Notes: generated by a model not told the origin, from the sequence alone. Numbered from the stretch's first letter, positions 9,615 through 21,088 are shown. The stretch is 64,000 bases of DNA from an uncultured Acidobacteriota bacterium (GCA_963836075.1 CAWIIB010000001.1:1056001-1120000), one strand, 5' to 3'. Numbers and translations: made by a program.

Positions 9615-10688
9615 TCAGGAGCCGGGGAAACCAGCCACGGCCTTGGACAGCCGCTCTTCCAATCCGATGAAAGTCATATCATCCGGCTGGAGGTAGACCC
9701 GCCGCCCCTCGAACTCGTCACGACTGAGGATGGAATAGAGCAGACTGTGCCAGCGGCCATCGCGCTCCCAGATGTCGAGGCGGAAGATATGCTCGCCGGA
9801 ATCCCAGGCGAACGCCTCGTCCTTGACCAGGACCGAACCCCTGAGCTGATACCAGCCGCCCATGTCGGCGGGGACACCATCATTCTCGGGGCTCAGTTCC
9901 ACGGTCCGGCCCGTGCCGGCCTTGAGCAGTTCGGCACGGAATCCCTCCAGAGCTGAACCCGCCGCGGCAGCGGCATCCATGCCGGAAGTGCCGGACGTTG
10001 AGTAGTAGATCTTGTCGTCCGAGTTTATGGGCAGGGTCCAGATGGCACCCTGTTGTGCTGTGCTGCCCTCCTGGTATATATCGGATCGCCAGCCATCGGG
10101 AATGAAGAAGACGAGATTGATCGCCGGGAAATTCATTTTCAACGGCACCTTGGGGTTGTTTATTCGCCGGTTCTCCCCGTGGCAGGAAATGGTCCGCTCG
10201 ATCTCGGCCAGCCGATCGGACACCGCCGCCGGGGTTCCGCAGGAGGCGTGCAGGTCGATCTGGGAGAGGATCAACCGATCGCTCTTGTTGCAGTGGAACA
10301 CCGCATAGGTGGTGTAGATGTCCCCACCCTCCCGGGTCCCGGTCACCGAGAATCCCTTGTGCCCATGCACCTTTATTTTGCCGCTGCTCTGGACCTTGAA
10401 CGACGCGGCCTCCTGGTCCCGGAAACTGTTCACCGTCTCCAGAACGAATGCTTCATCGATATTCTTGGGCATCGTTTCGGGCGTCGGTCCCCAGAAGATG
10501 AAATGCGAACCCCAGGTGGTGTTGTCCAGGTAAACGAAATTCTCACCGGAGGCCACGCTGTGCCAGTGGTCGAACTCGGTGGCCAGCCGATTAAGATTCA
10601 CCTGGGGGGTTCCGCAGAAGGCGACTGCGGGGACTATCATTACCAGGGCCGCCACCAGTAGTGCTCTGTTGTAACCTGGACCGTTCAT
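9615..10688 (-). CDS. Hypothetical secreted protein
   Basis: Long ORF with N-terminal signal peptide; no family recognised. Confidence 0.6.
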   Translation of the reverse strand: MNGPGYNRALLVAALVMIVPAVAFCGTPQVNLNRLATEFDHWHSVASGENFVYLDNTTWGSHFIFWGPTPETMPKNIDEAFVLETVNSFRDQEAASFKVQSSGKIKVHGHKGFSVTGTREGGDIYTTYAVFHCNKSDRLILSQIDLHASCGTPAAVSDRLAEIERTISCHGENRRINNPKVPLKMNFPAINLVFFIPDGWRSDIYQEGSTAQQGAIWTLPINSDDKIYYSTSGTSGMDAAAAAGSALEGFRAELLKAGTGRTVELSPENDGVPADMGGWYQLRGSVLVKDEAFAWDSGEHIFRLDIWERDGRWHSLLYSILSRDEFEGRRVYLQPDDMTFIGLEERLSKAVAGFPGS

Positions 10689-10914
10689 CACCGATTTCCT
10701 CCCGGCACGCACGAGCGAAGCTTTTGCCGTCAATTTCGAAGCAGTGCCGGGGCCGGACCGCAGCCCAGGGAACCCCGGCAGGATCCTCTATTGTAATGAA
10801 ATCCGTGACACATGCAAACCGGTGTACCACACCGGCTGTTTTCGATACCCGCCGTGGGGTACAATACAGTCTCGTTCCTGATCCAGTGCGCAACCTGAGG
10901 AGCCGCCAGCGCTG

Positions 10915-11679
10915 ATGAACGTCTATGCCATTGCCGACCTGCACCTCTCCCACTCCCGTCCAAAGCCGATGGACGTGTTTGGCCCGGCCTGGAATGACCA
11001 CACGGAACGGCTGCGGCGGCACTGGCAGGAGACGGTGGGCGAGGAAGACCTGGTCCTGTTGCCCGGCGACATCTCCTGGGCGATGGCCCTCGAAGAGGCC
11101 ATGCCCGACCTGGAGTGGATCCACCGGCTTCCCGGAACCAAGGTGCTGACCAAGGGCAACCACGACTACTGGTGGAAATCAGCGGGCAAGGTGCGCGCCG
11201 CGCTTCCCGAGTCGATCAGGATCATTCAGAACGACGCACTGCTCATCGGAGACGTGGCCCTGGCCGGGACCAGGCTCTGGCAGCTCCCGTGGGTGACCTC
11301 CGCGGGATTGCCGCTGCTGGTGGAGAACCCGCCCGTAGTGGTCTCGCCTGCCCCGGGCCGGGTCAAGAACATCGAGGAGGAGATGAAGTATGTCCGCCGG
11401 GAGATCGGACGGCTGAAACTGTCGCTGGAAAAGGCCTCCGCCCTGGGCGGCCGGCGGCTGGTGGCGATGGTCCACTATCCGCCGCTGGACCACCGGCGGG
11501 AGGAGAACGATGTGACCCGGTTGCTGGAACAGTTCGGGGTCACCGATTGCGTATACGGGCACCTGCACAATCTCGATCCGGAGGGGGCGTCGGTCCTCGG
11601 ATCGCTGCATCTGGGCGGGATCCACTACCGTCTGGTCTCGTGCGATTTCACGCGGTTTCAACCGGTTCGCATTCTCTGA
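10915..11679 (+). CDS. Calcineurin-like metallophosphoesterase
   Basis: DLH, GDISW, GNHDYWW, HYPP, YGHLH. Confidence 0.9.
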   Translation: MNVYAIADLHLSHSRPKPMDVFGPAWNDHTERLRRHWQETVGEEDLVLLPGDISWAMALEEAMPDLEWIHRLPGTKVLTKGNHDYWWKSAGKVRAALPESIRIIQNDALLIGDVALAGTRLWQLPWVTSAGLPLLVENPPVVVSPAPGRVKNIEEEMKYVRREIGRLKLSLEKASALGGRRLVAMVHYPPLDHRREENDVTRLLEQFGVTDCVYGHLHNLDPEGASVLGSLHLGGIHYRLVSCDFTRFQPVRIL

Positions 11680-11740
11680 AACCGGCCGGCGGACCGGGAA
11701 GGCCCACCGGACTCACTGCTACTCATTGAGGGAGATGAAG

Positions 11741-12322
11741 ATGACCAGTAGAAAAACCTGTCGGCGATCCGATTCAGCGGGGCGCGTCCTGGCGGCCCTG
11801 GTGCTGCCCGTCATGATGGTGGCGTCATTCTGCATCGGCTGCGGGAGCGCAGCCGACAAGGCGATGACCGAAGGATCATCGGGTCGCACCGCTGCTGCCG
11901 AGTTCAGTCTCACCGACATTCAAGGGAAAGTTCACCACCTCTCCGACTACCGGGGCAAGGTGGTGGTGCTCAACTTCTGGGATACCTGGTGCGGGCCCTG
12001 CCGCCAGGAAATCCCGGGGTTCATCGCCCTCCAGGATCAGTTGGGGTCCGAGGGGCTCCAGTTGCTGGGGGTGGCCCTGGGCCAGGAGGGAGCGGCCAGG
12101 GTCAAGGACTTCACCGCCGGCGCCGGCATAAACTACCCGGTCCTGCTCCTCGGTGAGAACAGCACAGTTCTGGCCGACTACGGCGGGATCAACTCCATCC
12201 CCGCCACATTTATCATCGACCGTGAGGGATACATCGCCGATAAGCACATCGGTTACCTCGCCAAAAGCGCATTCGAGGCAATGGTCAGGCCGGTTATCGG
12301 GACCGGGGGGGAGACGTCGTGA
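11741..12322 (+). CDS. TlpA/redoxin family lipoprotein
   Basis: LNFWDTWCGPC, IPATFIID; start approximate. Confidence 0.85.
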   Translation: MTSRKTCRRSDSAGRVLAALVLPVMMVASFCIGCGSAADKAMTEGSSGRTAAAEFSLTDIQGKVHHLSDYRGKVVVLNFWDTWCGPCRQEIPGFIALQDQLGSEGLQLLGVALGQEGAARVKDFTAGAGINYPVLLLGENSTVLADYGGINSIPATFIIDREGYIADKHIGYLAKSAFEAMVRPVIGTGGETS

Positions 12323-14019
12323 GCAGACTCACCATCCTGATCCTGCTCTTCTTCGCACTTGCCTGCGTGCCGGCCGCGGTGGCCGCCGGGCCGGAATTGC
12401 CGGTGATCACCGGTGGTCCCGGTGAACTGGTGACCCGCCAACTGGAGAGCCCCGCATCCTGCCCCATGGGCCTGGCCTGGGACGGGGAGCGTCTCTGGGT
12501 TTCCGACCGGCGAGAGGACCGGCTCTATGCCTTTGACGCACTGTCGGGCAGTCTGGTGGCCGAACTGCCCTCCCCCGGCTTCCAGCCCGCCGGGCTGGCC
12601 TGGGACGGCCGCTGCCTCTGGTGCGCGGACCAGGAGGAGGGGAAACTCTATCGCATCGAGCCGGACACCGGCCTGGTGGTGCGCACGGTGGACGCCCCCT
12701 GGCCCAAACCAACCGGCCTGGCCTGGGACGGAGAGCGCCTCTGGGTGGCCGACGAGCGCAAACGGGTGATCTGCCTGGTGGACCCGGCGGACGGCACCAC
12801 CATCCGGTCCTTCCCGGCCCCGGCGGAGTCACCCCAGGGCCTGGCCTGGGACGGCCGCACGCTCTGGTGCAGCGACCGCAAGATGGACCGGGTCCACGGC
12901 ATCAGCCCCGAGGGGGGTGAGGTACTGATCACCCTGCACAGCCCCGGGCCCTACCCCACCGGCCTGGCCTGTGACGGGGGAGACGGCCTCTGGTCCGTGG
13001 ACTACCAGACCGATCGCTGCTCGTCGCTGGAGGTCGGGGGCCGCGGCCCGGCAATCCTGGTGGATGAGCAGCGGCACGCCCGGATCACCGTCACCACCGA
13101 TGTGCTCAACTATGGTCCCGACGTCACGGAAAAGCTGGAGATATACCTTGCTCTGCCCTCGGACCTGCCCGGGCAGCAGTTGATCAACGGCCCGCAGTTC
13201 TCCCCGGAACCAACCCGGATGACCAGCGACCGCTGGGGACAGGCAGTGGCGGTTTTCGAAACCAGCGGGATTGGAGCCGGCACACTGAACCGGGTGGAGA
13301 TGGAGGTGGAGGCGAAGATTTCCCGCACGCGGCATCTGTTCCACCCGGACGACGTGGGACCGCTGGCGGAGATCCCCCCGGCCATCAGCGGGGCCTACCT
13401 GGCGGATGACACCAAGTTCGACCTGCGGCACCCCCTGATCCAGGCCATTGCGAACGAACTGAACGCCGGGGTCGACAACCCCTACTGGATCGCCCGCAAC
13501 ACGTTTCACTACCTGATCGACAACCTGTTCTACGAACTGGCCGGCGGCTGGAACACCGCCCCGGCAGTCCTCGAGCGGGGCAACGGATCCTGCTCCGAGT
13601 ACACCTTCTGTTTCATCGCCCTCTGCCGGGCGGCCGGGCTCCCCGCGCGTTATGCCGGGTCGGTTGTGGTCCGCGGCGATGATGCCAGTTACGACGATGT
13701 GTTTCACCGCTGGGCCGAAGTCTACCTGCCCCGGGTGGGCTGGGTGCCGGTGGATCCCAGCGGCGGTGACGATCCCCTGCCCGCCGACCAGGCGTCCTTC
13801 TTTGGTCAGCTGTCCAACCGCTTCCTGATCACCACCCACGGCGGGGGCGGGTCCGAGTACCTGGGGTGGGACTACAACGGTTCGCAGCGCTGGACCACCC
13901 GGGGCAAGGCCAGGGTGCGCACGGAGACGGTGGCCGACTGGGAGCCGCTGGGCACGGACAAGCCGCCGGTGCCCAACGGGCTCACCACCCGCGGCGGCGA
14001 AACCTGCAGCCGGCCCTGA
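12319..14019 (+). CDS. Secreted beta-propeller plus transglutaminase-like domain protein
   Basis: Repeated P.GLAWDG..LW blades; GSCSEY...HRWAEVY...DPS triad. Confidence 0.85.
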   Translation: MSRLTILILLFFALACVPAAVAAGPELPVITGGPGELVTRQLESPASCPMGLAWDGERLWVSDRREDRLYAFDALSGSLVAELPSPGFQPAGLAWDGRCLWCADQEEGKLYRIEPDTGLVVRTVDAPWPKPTGLAWDGERLWVADERKRVICLVDPADGTTIRSFPAPAESPQGLAWDGRTLWCSDRKMDRVHGISPEGGEVLITLHSPGPYPTGLACDGGDGLWSVDYQTDRCSSLEVGGRGPAILVDEQRHARITVTTDVLNYGPDVTEKLEIYLALPSDLPGQQLINGPQFSPEPTRMTSDRWGQAVAVFETSGIGAGTLNRVEMEVEAKISRTRHLFHPDDVGPLAEIPPAISGAYLADDTKFDLRHPLIQAIANELNAGVDNPYWIARNTFHYLIDNLFYELAGGWNTAPAVLERGNGSCSEYTFCFIALCRAAGLPARYAGSVVVRGDDASYDDVFHRWAEVYLPRVGWVPVDPSGGDDPLPADQASFFGQLSNRFLITTHGGGGSEYLGWDYNGSQRWTTRGKARVRTETVADWEPLGTDKPPVPNGLTTRGGETCSRP

Positions 14020-14723
14020 TGAGATTCGAGCAGACACTCATCCGGGGGCGGCTGATCAAACGCTACAAACGTTTCCTGGCCGATGTGCGGCTGGCCAGCG
14101 GAGCGGTCACCGTCCACTGCCCCAACACCGGCAGCATGATGGGCTGCGCCAGGCCGGGGAGCGCGGTCCGGCTCTCCACCAGCGACAATCCGGGACGCCG
14201 CTATTCCCACACCTGGGAGATGGTCCGCGTGGGCCGGGTCTGGGTCGGCATCAACACCATCCTGGCCAACCGCGTGGCCGCCGAGGCCATTGGCGCGGGC
14301 CTGATCCCCGACCTTGCCGGATACGACCGCCTGGAACGAGAACGCCCCCTGGGCGATTCGTCCCGTGTGGACATCCTGCTCAGTGGCCCTGCCGGCCGGT
14401 GCTGCTACGTGGAGGTGAAGAACGTCACCCTGGCCGAGAACGGCCTGGCGCTCTTCCCCGACGCGGTCACCCTGCGCGGGCTCAAGCATCTCCGGGAACT
14501 GGCCGAGGTGGTTCGAAAGGGCCGGGGCAAGGTTCGCGCAGCCATGCTCTACCTGGTCCAGCGCACCGACTGCCACTCATTTCGAGCCGCCCAGGCCATC
14601 GACCCCGATTACGCCGCCGGGCTGGACCATGCTGCCCGCGCCGGTGTCGAAGTCTACCCCCTCCTGGCCCGGGTCAGCCCCACCGGCATCGCACCGGTCA
14701 AGCTGTTGCCATGGAAAAGGTGA
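14019..14723 (+). CDS. sfsA: DNA/RNA nuclease SfsA
   Basis: KRYKRFLADV, HCPNTGSM, EVKNVT, FPDAVTLRGLKHL. Confidence 0.9.
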   Translation: MRFEQTLIRGRLIKRYKRFLADVRLASGAVTVHCPNTGSMMGCARPGSAVRLSTSDNPGRRYSHTWEMVRVGRVWVGINTILANRVAAEAIGAGLIPDLAGYDRLERERPLGDSSRVDILLSGPAGRCCYVEVKNVTLAENGLALFPDAVTLRGLKHLRELAEVVRKGRGKVRAAMLYLVQRTDCHSFRAAQAIDPDYAAGLDHAARAGVEVYPLLARVSPTGIAPVKLLPWKR

Positions 14724-14806
14724 CACCCATTAGAGTGCCCCTATATAAAGAAAGGGCCTGGGCTGTGCAATCACAACCCAGGCCCAAAATATTCACTCGA
14801 TACAGC

Positions 14807-15966
14807 TCAGCCGAGCAGGGTGAGGAAGACACCGGCGGCGACGGCGGATCCGATGACACCAGCCACGTTGGGGCCCATGGCCGCCATCAGCGGGTTGACC
14901 TTGCCGTTGGTGCTCTCCGAAACGAAGTTCTGCACCACCCGCGAGGCCATGGGCACCGCGGAGACGCCGGCGGCGCCGATGCAGGGGTTGAGCTTCTTGC
15001 CCTTGGGCAGGAAGAGGTTGATCAGCTTGGCGAAGACCACCCCGCCGAAGGTGCTGAACCCGAAGGCGACCGCCCCGAGCACCAGGATGAACAACGTCTC
15101 GGGCCTGAAGGAACGTCTCACCCACCATGGTGGCGCCCAACGGTGATGCCGAGGAAGATGGTGACGATGTCCACCAGCGAACCGCCGGCCGTTCTGGCCA
15201 GGCGGTCGGTGACCCCGGATTCACGCAGCAGGTTGCCGAACATCAGCATGCCGATCAGCGGCGCGCAGGAGGGGATGGCCAGGGAGGCCAGCATGGCCAC
15301 AGCGATGGGGAAAATGATCACTGCCGTCTTGCGAAACCGGCTTGGCCTGCGGCATGTCGATGGCCCGCTCTTTTTTGGTGGTCAGCATCCGCATGATCGG
15401 CGGCTGGATCACCGGGACCAGTGACATGTAGCTGTAGGCCGCCACGGCAATGGCTCCCAGCAGGTGCGGCGCCAGCTTTGCAGCAAGGTAGATCGAAGTG
15501 GGGCCGTCCGCGCCGCCGATGATCCCGATGGCCGCGGCTTCCTTGATGTCGAAACCGAAGAGGAAGTACGCTCCCAGCGCAGCGACAAAGATGCCGAACT
15601 GCGCCGAAGCGCCAAGGAGGAAGGTGATCGGCCGGGCCAGCAGGGGGCGAAAATCGGTCAACGCCCCCACGCCCATGAAGATCACCGGCGGAAGAAACTC
15701 GGTCTTGATCCCCGCGTCGTAGACCATCTGCAGCAGCGGGTGAATCCCGGTGTGCACGCGGCTGCACCTTCGCTGGTGGCCCCGAGCATGGCCAGCGGCA
15801 GGTTGGCCAGGATGGCCCCGAGACCGATGGGAATCAGGAGCAACGGCTCGTAGTTCTTGCGAATCGCCAGAAAGATCAGCACCCCGCCGATGACGAACAT
15901 CACCAGGTTCTGCCAACTCAGGCTGGCAAACCCCGAGCCGCGTATAAGCGTCTCAAAGGCTTCCAT
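14807..15966 (-). CDS. oadB: Na+-translocating decarboxylase beta subunit (several frameshifts)
   Basis: [43 protein letters not shown] spread over 4 frame pieces. Confidence 0.9.
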
Positions 15967-15967
15967 C

Positions 15968-17834
15968 TCAACCTCCGATCGTCATGATCGCCATGCCGGC
16001 CATAACATCGTCACCCAGCGAGGCATCGATGCTCAGCACCTTCCCGCGCACAGGGAGCCTTTACGTCGTGCTTGGCCTTCATCGCTTCCACCGAGGCCAC
16101 CACCTGGCCCTCGGAGACCGCATCACCCACCTTGATCTTGATCTCCACCAGCTCCGACTTCCCTTCGAAAGGCGAGAAGACCGGCGTGCCGTTTGATGGA
16201 CCCGCGGCCGGGGCGGCGGCCGCGGCGGACGGGGCCGCAGCGGCCATGCCGGCGGGCGGCTCGATGGTGATCTTGAAGTTGCGGGTATTGGCGCCGTCCA
16301 CCACCGTGCAGGTGGTGGTCACCGGGCCGGTGAAGACCGGTGCGGCTGCCGGAGCGGCCACGGCCGCCGGAGCAGCAGCGGCTGGTTTGGCGGGCTCTTC
16401 CTTCTTCTTCAGCGGGAGCACGATCTTCGCCTTGCCGGTGAGCAGCCGGATCCCTTCGTTGAGATCCATGTTCTTGCCCGGGATGATCGCCGCGGCCACG
16501 AGGAAGATGTTCTCCTCGGTGACCGGCAGGCCGCGTTCCTTGAGTGCTTCCTCGGCCGGTCCGAGGCTGTCCGGCGCGGCGTCCAGCGGGTCACCGTCGA
16601 ACGGCGGCTTGTCCATCTGCTTGGCGGCAATCTCCACCACCTGGGGATCGGGCGGCAGGGGGGTCTTGCCGAAGTAGCCGAGGACGGCCTTGCCATAGCC
16701 GTCATTGATTTTCTCCCAGCGGCCGTGGAGCACATTGTTGAAGGCCTGCAGCCAGTACTGCTGGCTGCCCGGGGTCACACTGGTCCAGGCGCCGCCGGCC
16801 TTGACCACCACCGGGAATTCGGCGAGCACTTCGTTGTATCTGTCGAGGATCCCGGCCTCGCTCATCATGTGCACGTTGGGGCCGATGGCGCCGCCCGGCA
16901 TGGGGAAGCCCACCACCCGGGCATCGGCCGTGGTGGTCACCGGGTTGAAGAAATAGTCCTTCAACCCCTCATTGAGCATGTTCTCGATCTCGCCCATCTT
17001 GGAAACATCGATGTCCAGCGAATAACCGGTGTTCTTCAGACCGTGGTCCATGGAGCGGACGTCCGGCTGCACCGTGCCGCTGGCCATCGGCCGGCAGGAA
17101 AGATCGATACCGTCCACGCCGCCTTCGATGCCGGCCATGTACTGGGCCACACCCAGGCTGGCGGTGTCGTGGGTGTGCTGCCAGAGGATCACATCCGGCG
17201 GCAGGATCGCCTTGATCCCCTTGGCCGTCTCGTAGCAGGTCTTGGGGTCGGTGGTGCCCGAGGCGTCCTTCATGCAGATCGAGTCCACCTTCATCCCGCT
17301 GTCGATGATCCGCCTGGCGATATCGATGTAGAACGCCGGCGTGTGAACCGTGTCGTCGTGGAAGGGCAGCCCCATCAGGGCCACGCAGACCTGGTGGTGC
17401 ATGCCGCTGTCGATGATCGACTGGCCGGTCTTGATCAGGTTCTCCACATCGTTCATGTAGTCGAAGTTGCGGTCCCAGGTGGTGGCGTGCTTCCGCATCA
17501 GCTTGGCCTGCAGCGACAGCGCCTTCAGCCTCTGGGTGGTCAGGGTCACACCGGACACCGAACGGGTCAGGATCTGCAGGTCGGCGTCAGGGCCCACGGC
17601 CTCGCGCATCTTGTCCTGGCACTCGAAGGGATCCTCACCGACGTAGAAGTACGGCGCCTGGTAACGGGCGCCCCCGCCGAACTCGAAGTGGCGGATCTTG
17701 GCCTCCCTGGCCGAAAACTCCATTGCCGGCAGAATGTCCTTCAGCCGGGCTTTGCCGCCGAATGAACTCTGCAATCCGTCACGAAACGGGGTGAACATCA
17801 CCCTGATCTTCTTCGCCTTTTCAGTGAAGATCAT
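15968..17834 (-). CDS. oadA: Oxaloacetate decarboxylase alpha / pyruvate carboxylase B-like carboxyltransferase with biotin carrier (frameshift near 16050)
   Basis: FRDGLQS, KDASG, HTHDT, VTPGSQ, Ala/Pro linker, EAMKA biotinyl motif; last residues (KVLSIDASLGDDV..GG) in a shifted frame. Confidence 0.85.
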
Positions 17835-18043
17835 GACTCCTCCTCAATACGCGTTACCCTGGCACCGGGGATCAATGTGGAAACCGTGCTGGAAATGGCA
17901 GCAACCATGGCCGAATCCAGAACGGCTTTGCGCTCCGGAAAAGCCGCCATGATCAACTGCATGACAACCGCTAGAAAGGCCAGAAGCACGAACACCGCCA
18001 GGAAGGCGATGCTGCAGGCCGAGAGAATGTGTACCTCGCCCAA
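17831..18043 (-). CDS. oadG: OadG-like gamma subunit
   Basis: Single TM helix plus 'VAAISSTV...RVTRIEE'; first gene of oad operon; TTG start after GGAGG. Confidence 0.75.
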   Translation of the reverse strand: MGEVHILSACSIAFLAVFVLLAFLAVVMQLIMAAFPERKAVLDSAMVAAISSTVSTLIPGARVTRIEEES

Positions 18044-18214
18044 AACTCTCCTCCGCTCCTGTTCGGCAATGAAGATGAGCGCTGCCGGCCGCCGTTCCGG
18101 CCGCGCCCGGTATGGCACCTGCGACCGGTGATTCGGCGGGGCCGATCGCGCCCCAAAGCATACACCCGGCGCCTGTTCGTGGCAACACCGCCGGGCGATT
18201 TTTTGAGATTTTTG

Positions 18215-19204
18215 CTATTTTTTTATAAGAAGGCTGTCACAGGAGGATTCAAAGGCCAGGCGGCCGCCGGTCACCGGCTCGTCATGGCCCTCCATGCGCA
18301 GTGTCAGATCGGCCTCGATGGAGAGTACCCGGCCGGCAGCCAGGGGTGCGGGCCACGGATCTTCAGCTCCCCGCTCACCCTCACTCTCGTCCCACACCCT
18401 TACCCGCCGCCCCACCACCAGCGAGGCCTCCCGATAGGCATGAAGCAGCGACTCTCCGCCCCCGGCCAGCAGCTCCAGGTGCCGCTGGCCCAGCGCCTCC
18501 AGAAGATGCCGCAATACACTGATAAAAGACGGCTTATCGCTTCCGGAGAACTCGTGCAGCGCGCCGGTGCGGGGCACGAAGGGCGTGGGCGCCACCCGGG
18601 GAGCGATGGACACGTTGAGGCCGATGCCCAGAGTGACCGCCTCCACCAGGTTCCCCCGGGTCTGGGTGGTGGTGAGCACTCCGGCGACTTTTCGCCCCTC
18701 AACGAGAATGTCGTTAACCCACTTGATTCCCGGCGCAACGAGATCATTGCCGGCCGCCCGAACGGCATCCACCACCGCCACGGCGGGGAGCATGATCAGC
18801 AGGGGCAGGGTGCCGACCGCCGGGAGGTTCACCGGCAATCCCACCGAGAGGTGGATGTTTCCAGCCTCAGCAGCCCAGGTCCGGCCCCGGTGGCCGTGGA
18901 ACCCGCTCCCGGCCAACGCCAGGCAGGCCACCGGCCCCAGTTGCGGGTCACCGCGCAGCAACCCGTGGAGCGTATCGAACTGGGAGGCCGGTGCGTCACC
19001 GATCACCAGCAGGCAGCGCCAGAAGCCCCCTGGAGGCAGCGAAGCAGCCAGCCGGCAGGTCCAGGCATGAGGACCGGTGCCCATGACCTGCCAGAGCGCC
19101 GCCGCCCGTGGCGGAAGTTCCTCCGCCGGGGTGCGGGTCCACTGCCGGCCTCGGGGAAGGAGGCCGCTGCAGCGACGGGGAGCATCGGTGAGGATAAGGC
19201 ACAT
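18215..19204 (-). CDS. birA: Biotin-protein ligase
   Basis: GHRGRTW, IKWVNDIL...KVAGVL, GIGLNV. Confidence 0.8.
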   Translation of the reverse strand: MCLILTDAPRRCSGLLPRGRQWTRTPAEELPPRAAALWQVMGTGPHAWTCRLAASLPPGGFWRCLLVIGDAPASQFDTLHGLLRGDPQLGPVACLALAGSGFHGHRGRTWAAEAGNIHLSVGLPVNLPAVGTLPLLIMLPAVAVVDAVRAAGNDLVAPGIKWVNDILVEGRKVAGVLTTTQTRGNLVEAVTLGIGLNVSIAPRVAPTPFVPRTGALHEFSGSDKPSFISVLRHLLEALGQRHLELLAGGGESLLHAYREASLVVGRRVRVWDESEGERGAEDPWPAPLAAGRVLSIEADLTLRMEGHDEPVTGGRLAFESSCDSLLIKK

Positions 19205-19211
19205 ACCCGGC

Positions 19212-20129
19212 TCAATCGCCTTCGCCGGCCGGCTGGGGGACGGCCACGGTGAGCACCGCCGTCCAGCTGGAGGCCACCACCTTTTCCACGGTGGAGCCGA
19301 GGAAGTGGGGGCCGCCATCGCCCAGGCCGCTTCCGGCGATCACCACCAGGCCGGCGCCGGTTTCCGCGGCGTGGCGGACGATCTCGGCATGCGGCCGGCC
19401 CTCGAGCACGGTGTATTCCACCCGCAGGCCCGGCGGGCAGTTCCCGGCCACCTCTTCCCGCATCTTCTCCAGACAGCGTTCCTCGAGATTGGCCTCCAGG
19501 ACGGTTACCCTCGCCTCGGGGTAGAACACGGGATAGTCGGGCTTCTCCATCACGTGAACCACGTCCAGCACCGCAAAGTACGATGAGGCCAGTTCAGCAG
19601 CCACGGCGAGCGCCCGTCGCGAGCCGTGGGAAAAGTCCACCGGCACCACCAGACGGCCGTTTCCGGATGAGAGCTGCGGCAGGTCCAGGCCTTCCCGAAC
19701 CGTGTACACCGGGACCGGGGAAAGGCGGATGACCTGGGAAGCCACACTGCCCAGCAGCATCCGCCCCATCCATCCGCGACCGTGGGTGCCCATGACCAGC
19801 AGGTCGTAGTCCCCACTGCGCAGGGTGTTGAGGATCTCCTCCGATGGGGAGAATCCGCGAACGATTGCCGTCTCCACCTCGAGGGCCCCTGCCCTGCCGG
19901 CCGCCGTCTGTTCCAGGTGCTCGGCGCCCCGGCCCTGAAAGCGGTCGAGCAGGGCCTCCATCTCCCGGCGGTCGCTCTCCGCCGGCGATGTGTCGAGCAT
20001 GACCTGAACGTGGAGCAGGGTCACCGACGCGTCAAACGCCCGGGCCAGGCCCAGGCAGTGCTCCAGCGCCTGGTCGGCGCAGTCGGAGAAGTCGGTGGGG
20101 AATAAAATCTTTTTCACAGTGCTAAGCAT
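19212..20129 (-). CDS. Tandem universal stress protein
   Basis: Two USP domains (PTDFS, GTHGR..LGSV; PVDFS, LGSTVEKV). Confidence 0.9.
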   Translation of the reverse strand: MLSTVKKILFPTDFSDCADQALEHCLGLARAFDASVTLLHVQVMLDTSPAESDRREMEALLDRFQGRGAEHLEQTAAGRAGALEVETAIVRGFSPSEEILNTLRSGDYDLLVMGTHGRGWMGRMLLGSVASQVIRLSPVPVYTVREGLDLPQLSSGNGRLVVPVDFSHGSRRALAVAAELASSYFAVLDVVHVMEKPDYPVFYPEARVTVLEANLEERCLEKMREEVAGNCPPGLRVEYTVLEGRPHAEIVRHAAETGAGLVVIAGSGLGDGGPHFLGSTVEKVVASSWTAVLTVAVPQPAGEGD

Positions 20130-20275
20130 CCTGCCGGTCTCCCTGGACAGACGGCTGGCGGCAGAGGAACTGCCGCATCACGCCGCGATTATGGCAGCAA
20201 TTGTATCACAGACCAGCCGGCGAACCACCGGGCCGGACCCCTGACACGATTCGAAAAGGGTAGCCGGCGGCAGGA

Positions 20276-20305
20276 TTGACAGCTTGTCTATGACATTTAT
20301 ATAAT
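20276..20305 (+). promoter_or_regulatory. sigma70-type promoter
   Basis: TTGACA-18 bp-TATAAT. Confidence 0.55.
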
Positions 20306-20419
20306 TAAACTTCAGTTCGGTTCAGGGATTGAACCCCCCCGGGTCTTCCGACACTTGAACCGGGCTTCGCCGGAAAGTGGAGAGGGACCGGGAAACCCAC
20401 AGTCAGAGGTTCGGGAAAC

Positions 20420-20761
20420 GTGGCAGGAAAAAGACCAAAAAAATACAATGTCGACTCGATCCGCGACAAAATCGTGGTCAACTGGTCGCCGATCAACATC
20501 GCGCGGGTCAATGATTGCGTGGTGCGCATCGTCAGGATCAAGGACGAATTCACCTGGCATACCCACGAACACGAGGACGAATTCTTCCTGATCATGGAAG
20601 GAAGCGCAGTGATCCAGACCGAGGATGGGAACGTGCACCTGGAAGCAGGGGAAGGCGTCCTCATACCCCACGGGCTTCGGCACTGCACCCGTTCCGACAA
20701 CGGTGCGGTGATGCTCGTCTTCGAACCCTGGACCACCAAAACGAGGGGCGACCAGGGATAG
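20420..20761 (+). CDS. Cupin domain protein
   Basis: WHTHEHEDEFF...IPHGLRH. Confidence 0.85.
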   Translation: MAGKRPKKYNVDSIRDKIVVNWSPINIARVNDCVVRIVRIKDEFTWHTHEHEDEFFLIMEGSAVIQTEDGNVHLEAGEGVLIPHGLRHCTRSDNGAVMLVFEPWTTKTRGDQG

Positions 20762-20847
20762 CATCCTTCCCGTCCGGCGATTAAATTTCATCAGGTTGGC
20801 CGACCGGCGGCAAAACAACCGGAATCACACAGGAAACTATACCTGCC

Positions 20848-21018
20848 ATGGGTAATCTGGGATCCAAATTCACTCTGCTCGGCGACATCTGGACCTTTCT
20901 CAAGGTCCGCAAGAAGTGGTGGCTGGCACCGATCATTGTCTTCCTGCTGGTCATGGCAGCCTTGATCGTGCTGACCGAGGGATCGTCGCTGGCGCCATTC
21001 ATCTATGCCATTTTCTGA
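20848..21018 (+). CDS. DUF5989 family small membrane protein (56 aa, below ORF-track cutoff)
   Basis: MGNLGSKFTLLGDIWTFLKVRKKWWLAPII...SSLAPFIYAIF, next to carbamoyltransferase. Confidence 0.8.
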   Translation: MGNLGSKFTLLGDIWTFLKVRKKWWLAPIIVFLLVMAALIVLTEGSSLAPFIYAIF

Positions 21019-21088
21019 CCCCGGGCAACAGAGCCATTCACCACACCGGGTGCGCCGAACCGTACAGCGGAGTGCGAGTGCAGCAAGA

